Origin: Asterias rubens
Taxonomy: Eukaryota
Reading direction: 5' to 3'
DNA: 64,000 nucleotides
Assembly: GCF_902459465.1 (NCBI RefSeq)
Contig: NC_047073.1
Span: forward strand, 14,756,001-14,820,000
Below the pieces are notes generated by a model. That model was not told where the DNA came from. It saw only the letters and a program-made list of their open reading frames with translations, and did not search any database. Of the stretch, positions 1-10,381 are shown piece after piece. How positions within the stretch are numbered: position 1 is the first letter of the stretch; each line of letters begins with the position of its first letter. A program made the position numbers and the translations under genes.

Positions 1-730
1 GAACAAACTCTACCTGGCAAGTAGAAACACACATGGTGTTACCGCAAACCAAATATATATTGATACCTCACCATGCAATGCCTAAATTCTTTTGTACCCT
101 TTTCACTGATGAAAGAGGTTTCTAAAAAAATAATTGCCTTGTTAGTGATTTCCAATCCATGTTTAGTTTCACCTCACATGTAGGTACTTGTGAAATTTGT
201 GTGTAATTTCTTTTCCCAAAAGACTTTGATGCTTTATTATTTTGTCGTTAACAAGACAAATAGTTAATTATTTTCTGCAAATTATTTATTATGACCCATC
301 AAAATGAACTAGGCATATCTGAGCTTTTAAGGAACTGGTGGTTCTCAAATGTAATACTGTAAAAAATTAACTATGCCTAGTGATCAAATGCACACAAAAC
401 GTGCAACTACACAGCTGATGTAAATTTGTCCGATATTTGTCGTTTATTTTAGGTTGCGTAGAGAACCCTACTGAAGTACTTTCGACGAGCAGTAGCGTCT
501 AGACAAACAGTAAGTACAGTCTTTCTTATGATTTTTCTCCTGTAGATGATCAGCGTATATTAATAGAAACATGAGTCTTTAACCAATAGTTCTTTTCCGA
601 ACCAACACTACTCATAAAGAGATTCACATAGTGTTATCGCAAAATGTTCTTATAGTTACAATTCCACCGTACAAAGTTTCAAATCCTACTAATGGTGGCA
701 TGGTGGGCATCAAATAGGTGGGGGTGGGGG

Positions 731-790
731 GGGGGGTGACAAGGGGAGGGGGGGTGACAAGGGGAGGGGGGGTGACAAGGGGAGGGGGGC
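731..790 (+). repeat. G-rich 18-bp tandem repeat (GGGGGGTGACAAGGGGAG) x3
   Basis: Read directly; preceded by a poly-G run. Confidence 0.85.
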
Positions 791-1368
791 ACAATATCAA
801 ATGTCCCCCCATCTTTTTGACCACCTTAATCATGAAGCCCAAGTATTGCACTGTGTAAGACCAACCCTGTGTCTCGCCATGGGCATTAATCCTGGGGGCT
901 ATAAGGATGACACAACTTTTTAGAAGGGTGGGGGACACTATATCAAATGTCCCCCCTCAAAATTTACCAAAGATTGCACCACAGAGCATCTAAAATGCAG
1001 AATTTTCCCGTGCCTATATCCGCTTAGGGCTTAGATGAAGTGTCATTTTTAGTAACAATACAAAGTATGAGAATACTAGTGAATTCTTTTTTTAAACCCT
1101 GACTTGCAGCTGCCCCCAAGCCGGTTTCCAATGCATCAGCTTTCTACAGTAGAGGGCGCCAGATTGCTGGTTACTCTGCCACGGATGCATTGCTACAATC
1201 AAGGTGAGTTTATTGGTTTTTTTTTAAAGTGGGGCCTTAAAAAAACATGGTGTTTTTTATATGGCATTAGTTCTATTTGTCCTCACAACCTGATGTTGAT
1301 TTCTTTAGAGCACAACAACTTTTTTTTAATTCGGGAGACTTCTCTACTACCTCAGATTAGATTCTCTG

Positions 1369-1568
1369 AATGGACCCTACCCATGAAATATGCTAATTAC
1401 ATTCATGCATGCGTACAGACCCTGTTGGTTGCAGACGCGCAATCGCGTCTGCGTCACGCACCCATTAGCCATTTAAAAAAACAGCGCGATGCTCCCTCAT
1501 TTTGCCAACCAAAACGTTAGTGCGCACGCGCTATGTGCAATTTACATATTTCATGGAAAGGGTCTATT
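1369..1568. mobile_element. MITE, about 200 bp, about 30-bp TIRs; related copy in opposite orientation at 14194-14419
   Basis: AATGGACCCTACCCATGAAATATG ... CATATTTCATGGAAAGGGTCTATT; the interior matches the reverse complement of 14194-14419. Confidence 0.85.
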
Positions 1569-1944
1569 GGGGAGACTTCTCAGTTCTGAAAAGAACTGTC
1601 CTGCTTCTTAAATACTACCTAGGCAGAAGGTAGGAAATCTACCTAGCAAGTAGATACGCATGTTGTTATCGCTAACATTGATACCTAGGTTATTGATACC
1701 CCACCGTGCAATGCCTCAAGTCCCATATTCTTAATGTTGTTTGTCCCCTCAGGCAAACCAACTCTAACGTCACGGTAAAGCGTACCCCTGGATTCCTGAG
1801 CGTCTCTAACTCAAAGAGGTTGTACCCGATCACAAGCTACCCGGCTGGAGGCAGAAGAGCATCCCCACAGCAGTCAAAGACGTCTCAGATCAGTCTTCAA
1901 GGGTAGGTCATTCACACACTTAAAAAAAAAAGTATTATTATTAC

Positions 1945-2117
1945 TTTTTTACCCTTTCACCGATGTGTGTTAGCACTGTATACTCAGTACTTTGCCGATT
2001 GCTGTGGAAAAATATCACCAGCATGTTACTCGGGTGGGATTCGAACCCACAACCCTTGCAATTCTAGAGCAGTGTCTTACCAATAAGACTACCGTGACTG
2101 CCAGTAGCTAGAGGCAG
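1945..2117 (-). mobile_element. tRNA-derived SINE; full + strand copy at about 61528-61705, fragments near 9200, 30010 and 63950
   Basis: A-box-like TAGTCTAGTTGGTAAGA and B-box GGTTCGAATCCC head, followed by a shared non-tRNA body. Confidence 0.8.
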
Positions 2118-2484
2118 TTTGAATCCTATGTTTTGGCAGCGGGTACCACAACGATATAATAGATGTTAACATAGGATTCGAACTGCCAATACGGGTACTG
2201 CATTAATATTCTTTAATTCTTTAATGTAACATTACCATCTATAACAATAATAACATTAATTAGTTTTTATCTCAAACTGCTCCACATACCTTGCAGAAAA
2301 AAACAAAATAAAATGAGTGCTTTGATATGCCCCTAAGTAATGGTGTGCTAAAGCTCTATGTAAGATGAGTATTATTATTAAATGATAAGTCAGCTGGTCC
2401 TGCTTGCTGGTCTCTCTTCAAAAGTTAGTTGTGGGCGAATCCTGATAAAGTGACGTTCACATTATTTGTTTCCCTTGTTACCAG

Positions 2485-5400
2485 GCAACAGCCAGAGCAG
2501 TCAAGTGCAGTGACAAGCCACTTGGAGGCATTCAACTCATCGTCTGCGGAGACTTTCTTCAACTCCCACCGGTCACTAAGACTGGTGAGAAACGGGTATT
2601 CTGCTTCCAGGTAACACTCATTGATCATGTTTTCTTCTGATTTGGACTTTCCATGAAAGTGGAAATTTTTGCATGATTTGTATTCTACTGGTGCTCGATC
2701 ACAATCCACTCCTCTGGCTGGTAGCCGTGATGTTTTTTAAATCTGTCCTTAAGACTAATATCTTTTTAAAGAAGCTTTTTATTGATTGTGCATATATTAT
2801 TAAATGTTTTTACGCTGAAGTGGATTTCATATATTGTTCCTTCCTGTGCATATATTGTTCCTTTACTAATTTATTTGGGTTTATTGTCTTAATGTTTTGC
2901 AATTTTTACTCTACGGATTGTTCTGTAAGGTTCTTGTATTTTCATTTGTTTGGATTGCTGTATATTTTCCTGTTGTAAAATTTTTAATATTTTTTTAATT
3001 ATTTTGTTATGCGCTTGTGTACATTTTATGGAATGGGCGCAATACAAATGAATAAATTATTATTATAATAATAATAATTTTTATTATTTCAGGAAAGCTC
3101 TAAAGACTCGTTTCTTTGACTCCTAATTTTGTTCTCCTTATTTTTGCTGTTCTATTATTCTACTTGTTAAAGCACTGTACTAAACAGCTTTGTAAGAGCA
3201 TCATATAAACGCTTTTATCATTTTGAATTGCATTGTATTGTATCAAATTGTTGATTGTATTGCTTTGCATTGTATTGCATTGTATGGTATTGTATTGCAT
3301 CACATTGTATTGTATTAATTGTTTTGCATTGCATTGTATTGTAATGTAGGTCTATTCTAGTTGTATTCTATTCTTACAACCACTTTAAAATCCTTTAAAC
3401 ATAGTCTGTATTTTCTTTCTGCAGTCGGCAGCATGGACTCAGTGCATCCAGCTTACAATGGAACTCACTCAAGTCAAACGCCAAGATGATCCCGTCTTCA
3501 TCAATATCTTGCAGAATATACGCATTGGAAGGTAACAAATCTGTCATGTGCACTATATCAAGATTATCAGAATCGAAAAACTTCATTGAAATACGGACAA
3601 GCACTTTCATTTTAACGGTAACAGTTATTTTCGCAACAAGTGAAAAACAAGTAAAATAAATTTCAACTAAAATTTTCTTTGAACTGTAGATGTCCACAGG
3701 AGCTATGTGATCGTCTGACTGCTACGGCCAATCACATCATCGATCGGGATGGTATCCTAGCAACTAGGCTGTGTACCCACAAACAGGACGTTGACCTCTT
3801 GAATCAGGTTCACCTCAAGAAACTGACCGGTAAGAAAAGCTAATGTGATTTACTGTAAGGTGTCATGGACGAGTGGTTTAGAGTGTCCAATTCAAGATCT
3901 ATTGGTTAAGTCCTCGGAGTGTAGGTTTTGAATCATGGTTTCTCATTGGGTCCTTGAGCAAGATTCTATGCTATAATTGCTTTTCTTCATGACTGCACCC
4001 AGTGTACCTGCGAGGGTAAACGTTAATTTTGTGCATTGAAAAGCCACTGTGAGCTGCTGAAATGTCATGGCAGCTCAGGGCTGTATACAGTCACCCCAGG
4101 GAGCTGTTTTATGAGTAAGATTTAAAGGAACACGTTGCCTTGGATCGGTCGAGTTGGTCTTTGAAAAGCGTCCTGTAACCGTTTGTTATAAAATTGATAT
4201 GGTTAGAAAGATGTTGTAAAAGTAGAATACAATGTACTACACAAATATGCCTCGAAATTGCGTGGTTTTACATCGTCGGCTAACACAGTCGGCCATTTAG
4301 TGGAGTCAAAACTTTTACTCCCATAATTGGCCGACCGTGTTAGTTCGCGACGTAAAATGAAAACGTGCAATTTTGAGTGATACTTAGTGTGGATCATTAT
4401 ATTTTACTTTTAAAACATCTTTCTAACCACATGCATTTCATAACAAACGGTTTCAAATTTTCATAGACCAACTCGTCCGATCCAAGGCAACGTGTTCCTT
4501 TAACGTATGTCACGTTCATCGGATTCAAATTTTGGGGAATAAAAACTTATGTATTTTTCCATAACCATGTTACTTCGAGGTGAACTGGTTCTTGAAATGC
4601 TTCATAATATTGAAAGCTGCTTTGTAGGTTTAAAAACCAAATGCTTTTAATTGATATTTTAAGAGTGATTACCAAATGTATATTTTCCTTTTGAACATGT
4701 TGAAGGCACTAGACAATGACTGGTAATGACTCAAATTATACAATACATAAAAAGTTACTTCATAAACGAACAATGGAGAGCTGCCGATAGTATAAAACAT
4801 TGTAAGAAACGACTCCCTTTGAAGTAACACAGATTTTGAGAAAGTGGTAATTTCTCACTAAAACATTTGAATCTAGGAAAGACTTTAGGCCTGCCATGTA
4901 GTAAGAACACATATTTGTGCAACAAGGGTGTTTTTCTTTTTTTGATTGTTTTCTGGCAATTTCGATGACCAATTTAGCCCAAATTTTTCATCTGGATTTG
5001 TTATTTTATACATCAATGTTGGGATACTGAGAATATCTTTGACAAAACTACCAACTTTGTCCAACTGATGCTTTTTAACTTTAACAGGAGATCCTAGAGT
5101 GTTTGATGCCTGGGACAGCGACCCCAACCTAGTGAGTATTATCAACAGTCAGTGTCCAGTCCCTAGGAGTCTTGAGCTTAGGGTTGGAGCCCAGGTCATG
5201 CTGGCCAAGAATCTTGACGTACAGCAGGGTCTGGTCAACGGAGCTAGAGGGGTGGTAACAGGGTTCGGCGCAGGGGAAACTGGTAAGCTTAAACTAATAT
5301 AAAAAAACGGATCCTGGAAAAGTTTGTCCCTTGCAAAAGATCGTTGTTTTATGTTGTGAAGTGTGTTTGGTATGTCAGTACTGTAGGGTAGAAGACGAAG

Positions 5401-8205
5401 AATTCCCCCAACCCATATTGTTTTGTGTATGTATTAGGATGTCATGGCCGAGTGGTTAAGAGCATTGAATTGGTTAAGTCATCCAGATGTTGGTTCGAGT
5501 CCCGGTCATGACACTTGTGTCCTTGAGCAAGATCAGGCCTCTAGGCCTATGCTTCGTTTTTAAAAGGCAAGGGCACCGAGGCATTTTCTCCTTGGTATAT
5601 AAATGGGCACCCTATGAGGAAATTGTAAACCTCTACAGGAGCATTCCAAGGTCACCAAGGCAATGACCAGGGGGCACGGAGGCAAATGCCTTCGTTGCCT
5701 CCGTGAAGTTTCAAGCCTGCAAGATGCCTTCAAATACTATAATTGCTTCTCTTCACCCAGGGTGATAAATGGGTTCCTGTGAGGGTAGAGGTTAACTTTG
5801 TGTTTGAAAAAGCCTTCAGAGTGCCAAGCTGAGAAAGATAACAAAGAATGTTGTTGGCCAAATGACCAGTCAGTCGATTTCGAGAAACGCTAGGATTAAT
5901 CCTATCTCGATTTAGGACGAGTAACCTGTCCTAACTTAGGATGGGTTCAATGCATCCTCGGAACATATTTGGATACGGAACTGAACTTGTCTTGTAAGTT
6001 AGGAGGAGTTTGGTGAAATCATCGGCAGGGCACTAGTGCAAAGCTGATGGCAACCCTTTTGCCAAATCGCTATGAATGAACTAGTTTGTATTACAAAATT
6101 TATTTGCTATTGTAAATTGTACCATATTAGTTGTACACGTGTATAAATTTGCTTTCCAAAATGGCAAGCATGGCTGCAGTTGAGAAACGTGCCATTGGTC
6201 CAAAGCGAATGAATTAATACATTAACCCTTTGTATTTGCAGGCCTACCCATAGTGAAGTTTATGTGCGGCGTTGAGCAGGCCATACGGATGGAACGTTGG
6301 CCGATACGAGCCGGTGCTGGTCTGGTACTCAGCCGTCGGCAACTCCCTCTCAAGTTGGCCTGGGCAATATCAATTCACAAAAGCCAGGTGAGATACTCAG
6401 TTTTCTAACATTCCAGTTGCACAACTCTGGGCCCAAATTCATAGAGCTGTTTTAGCCGCAAGAAGTAGATGCACATCAAAATTGGCTTGCCAAAATAATG
6501 TTACCAGCCAAAATACCCTGTCCCGTGTACAGTTTGTGACTGGTATTCTGCTTATTTCTGCTTAGCAGAAATATTTTTTTCTTCAGTGGCTCTTTGAAAT
6601 TGGGCCCGGTGTTCATTAGTATTCTTTATTGCCATGTCACACGAGGCAATTTACAGGCAACCAGTTCGCAGGCAATCTCCAAGAAGAAAAGGCATTCATA
6701 TCATTCTAATGTTCACATATTATTCTTTGGGATCGTATTAAAAAAGACAATGTTTATAAACAAATTACTCAGTGCTACTAATGTGTTCACTGTGGAATGC
6801 ACTGCAGTTGGTTGCCTCCAAGTTGCCTGTGAAAAGTTGCCTTGTGTGGCAAGGTCCTTGCGTTATAAAAGTATGATGAGTGCTTTCCAGTTTCCTGTGG
6901 CTTTTTTTTATTTTTTTCAATTTTTTTAACACATTTTGTATTCTTGCATTATAAAAATTGAGTGCTTTACATTTTTAATTTTTTCTCGTGGCTTGTGTTG
7001 TTGTTCCACATATTCATTGCACTTTGGGTGATTTGATCCCTTCTCCCTTTTGCAGCCTTATCTTAGATTGTTTTTTAAAAGATGTGTTAAATGCTTTTAT
7101 ACAATCTATTGTTGTGCCTTTTGACTGGTTTGCATTGCAATTGTATTTTATTATGTAAATTGTATCAATTGTGCTTTAAATGTTGTTATGTTTGATTGTT
7201 ATGTATTACTTGATCTGTTCTTGTCCCTTTTCTGAACAATCATTTTCTGTGATTGCTCGTGCCAGAAATGTTTACCCATATTTTTCAGTGTCAACTTGAA
7301 AATTTTTTATTACTTTGTTCTTCTTTGATATTTAGTTTTTACCTACACTGATCAATGTGTGTAAAGCACTGTCTAGTACTTAAAATGACATTTGGCTTTC
7401 TAGAGCAGTTGTCTGAACACTAGACCATCGTGCTTGCCCTATAGCTAGAGGCAGTTCGAATCCTATATTAGATTTGTGTTGATATATTTTACTAAAATAT
7501 TATATATTGAATATTCTCATTTTGCTTGATTACGTCTTTGGTGCACTGCATTTATTTTTCTTTAAATTTTGTATTGATTTTAATTGACACTTTTATTATT
7601 CCAAAATTAGAAACATACCACTATAACCTAAGGGAGCCTAGGGTAAAAATAATGTACATACGTTTTAAGATAATCGTTTTATTAGTACATACATATTGAT
7701 TGCTTTTATGGTAATTGCTTAGTAAGATTTGAAACTTTGCAAGGTAGTAGTATTAGGTGAGGGTTGCGGTAGCGCCATGTGTAAATCTCTCCAATGAGTA
7801 GTGTTGTTGGTTCTAGACAGAACCAAAGGTTGGCAACTGTTTTACTTACAAGTGCGTAGGCCTAATGGTTAATTGCTATAACACTCTCAATGAAATCTCA
7901 TACTCATATCAGTTATCATTGTTTTGTATTTAACTGTATTTCAATACTTTCGCTCACAGGGAATGTCCTTAGACTGTGTGGAAATCTCGCTCGCTCGTGT
8001 CTTCGAGTGCGGCCAAGCCTACGTGGCTTTATCCCGAGCCCGTAATCTAGAGGGCCTACGCGTCGTTGATTTTGATCGGGCCTGCGTGCGCGCCCATCCG
8101 GACGTCGTCAAGTTCCATCACGTCTTGCGGAGGCAGCAGCGCATGATGCAGACTGAGATCGAAGACTACACACAAGATAAGGAAAACATCAGGCCGTATC
8201 TTTAG
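2485..8205 (+). CDS. PIF1: ATP-dependent DNA helicase PIF1, 3' six coding exons (5' part not in window)
   Basis: Exons 2485-2610, 3425-3531, 3690-3829, 5088-5282, 6242-6387 and 7960-8205 are all GT-AG and frame-consistent. Motifs: [87 protein letters not shown]-terminal DKEN. AATAAA at 8293-8298. Confidence 0.95.
3223..3350. repeat. Degenerate (TTGTA/TTGCA)n microsatellite
   Basis: Read directly. Confidence 0.8.
4126..4499. mobile_element. TTAA-flanked non-autonomous DNA transposon (Kolobok-like), family B; second copy about 22291-22738
   Basis: TTAA|AGGAACACGTTGCCTTGGATCGG ... CCGATCCAAGGCAACGTGTTCCT|TTAA. A TTAA target with AG..CT ends fits the Kolobok superfamily. Confidence 0.85.
5438..5790 (+). 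mobile_element. tRNA-headed SINE split by a nested 186-bp element; related copies at about 3860-4020, 11150-11310, 33070-33200 and 35850-36150
   Basis: tRNA-like head, then GTGTCCTTGAGCAAG...CTTCACCCAGG...ATAAATGGGT core shared among the copies. Confidence 0.75.
5534..5719. mobile_element. Short CAGG...CCTG element with 6-bp TSD (hAT-like); relatives at about 11770-11890 and 14864-15030
   Basis: CAAGAT at 5528-5533 and 5720-5725 flanks the insert. Confidence 0.7.
6429..6607. mobile_element. MITE with GGGCCCAA(A/T)TTCA...TGAAATTGGGCCC ends; further copies at about 50570-51155, 55770-56072 and 61150-61340
   Basis: Terminal inverted repeats and a shared GCTTAGCA-rich interior. Confidence 0.7.
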
Positions 8206-10381
8206 CAGGGATTAGTATATCAGGTTTTTATCTGAATTACAAGATTTTGAGTCAACCTGATAAAGAAAATCAGCTGTTACTTTCCACGTAGAAATAAATG
8301 CTGCTCTTCCATCTAGTGCTGAAGACACTGTTCATAAAACCTCTGTGAAATCTAAACTCCAGGGGTAACCAAAATGTGGAAATGTCGTTTTGAACAACCT
8401 CATAACATTTGGGTCCTAGATTCAAACTTTTTGTTGTTGTCAGCAATGACTCTCACCCTTGTCGTAGGAAAGCAGCTGTAAAGTGCTTTATCCATGGCAC
8501 CCAGTTTGATTAACCAGAAAATAGTCGATCAGCAAGACTTAGCAAGAAACCGGTTGTGTGGAGTGTACATTTATAGTGCATTATGAGTGGTTGCCAGATT
8601 ACTATGCAAAAACCCTCTGTGTGCTAAATACATGTATCGTGCAAAGCAACCTCAATGGATGAGAAATATCAGAAATTAAAAAAAAAAATTCTCTGCCAAG
8701 TGACAAAAAAGCTAAATTACTTTTTTCAGAAAAAAAAAAGATCATGCTCTTAAAATTATTTTTCTAGCGCTGAGGATAGACGTACTGTTGCTGATAGCTC
8801 CTTGAAATCCGTTGTTAAGTTGTGGAAATGCAATCATTTCCAAAGACCTGCAATGTTGGTCTGAGTGTCGGTACTTTTTCGTCAGCTAATGACTTTCGTC
8901 CCTGGTTCAATGCTTACCGAGGCCTGACGCTTAACGGGGAGGCAATTGCCTCCATGCCCCGGTCGTCATTGTTGATTTCACAGTTGTGTACGATTTTCAA
9001 GTCCAAGGTGTGGTCACAGATTCTTTCGATCCCAAATCTTTACAGCGTGCCACTCTACATTTAAGTCTAGCAATGACTCACTACTTGCAAAGTTTTTAAA
9101 ATGTCGTTTAAAATCTATTTATTGACGTCTATGTATACATATAGAGTTTATTAGCTATAATTACTGTTAAAACTGTTTAACCTAAGTCATTCTTAAATAT
9201 TTGTGTTTTACCCTTCATCAATGTGTGCTAAACACTGTTTACTCGGTACTTTCCTCCCCGAGTCCTGGGGACAGAAATTTCACAGACCTTTTCCTGTGAA
9301 CAATTTCAACCAGATCATGTTTTAATGCTAAATTAAAAATAAAAATTAATGAGTACCTGCCTTCATGGTTTTGATTTGCTTGATTATTAAATTTCTATTG
9401 AAAATATAAATTTATCGATATAATTGCTTATTTCCCCCCACCCCCAAGACTCGGTTGGTTGAGTTTGGTATAAAATAGCGAAAACTAATGCCTAGTAAAC
9501 AAACAAATTAATGTTACAATACATTAAATCTAGAAGGGTCTTTGACGATTTCCTTACAAAATGTCCTTACAAAAGACTAGTCTAGTTGTGTACACATTCC
9601 AGTGCCTTTCCGGCAGGCAAGATGCTACACTGGTCATTTGGGAAATTTAAAGTTTGTGTCATCATTTCTGCATAAATTGAAGACTTGACAATACAACAGC
9701 TGAACAGGCTTTAAGATTTGCCCCCTTGATTCACATAACAAGTTGATAGAAATCAGATTTGTGCAGTCGTTCCTGCAGGAAGTCCAGGCTCTGTGACTCT
9801 TTTGTAACAAAGTTATGCCACAGGGTACCAGACCATGTTCCCCACACCGCCCTATTTTTTACCTTCTGCCCCCCCCCCCCCCCCACTTCCCAAAGGCACT
9901 TTAGTTTCCAAGTTTCTGACTACTGTATTATTGTGGCATTTTTTGTATCCAAATTGGCCAAGTCAGGAGCATGGAGTTGCAAATGAAAACGGCCAACTCA
10001 CTTCAGATACTGCATAATCTTTTGTTACTCTACAATGTATTAGTTTTTTTCCTGTTTGTTTTCTAAGTCATCGTGGGAGTTGGGAACTACATGGGTAAGG
10101 TGTCGACCAACTCTCAACATCTTGGGCCTAATCTTCTTAATAATAGTAGTGGCTTCTTATATAGCGCGCATAACCGTCACTCAGTGGTGCTTTAATTTTC
10201 CTGAAATGTATGTGGGACTACGCTTGAATTGTGGGACCTACTCCTTTTTACATCTTGTGTGCTTTATTCTAAGTCGTTATGAAGTTGAGAACCAAACCAG
10301 CCAACTCACTCGCAAATCTCAACCATAATCTTCTCGTACAGGGTTTTCATCTTGTTTATAAATGTGGTGTGAATCTCATCC

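Larger units (their letters stand above)
453..1902 (+). pseudogene. USP37: Orphan exons resembling the USP37 linker just before the catalytic Cys box (probable gene fragment)
   Basis: Exons 1110-1203 (tgcag|...caag|gtgagt) and 1753-1902 (ctcag|...aagg|gtaggt) join in frame as APKPVSNASAFYSRGRQIAGYSATDALLQSRQTNSNVTVKRTPGFLSVSNSKRLYPITSYPAGGRRASPQQSKTSQISLQG. This parallels, from memory, human USP37 SSFYGSR...KRSLGFL...KKLR...QLQG-FSNLGNTCYMN. A weaker candidate exon 453-509 (tttag|...|gtaagt) is phase-compatible but has an in-frame TAG at 500-502. No NLGNTCYMN exon was seen in the window. Confidence 0.55.

Noticed and set aside
731-790. G-quadruplex-prone repeat next to a G4-unwinding helicase gene
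   Set aside because: Poly-G runs are common throughout the window, so the link is coincidental.
624-938. 104-aa Pro-rich ORF (LVTPPP repeats)
   Set aside because: It is a translation of the G-rich 18-bp tandem repeat, with no splice or family support.
1104-1520. ORF starting LQLPP, resembling PIF1 motif III
   Set aside because: The real motif III exon is 2485-2610. This ORF is the wrong frame of the 1110-1203 exon running into a MITE.
8770-9880. Protein-like minus-strand frames (e.g. SLDFLQERLHKSDFYQLVM)
   Set aside because: They have no convincing splice sites or homology, and frequent stops.
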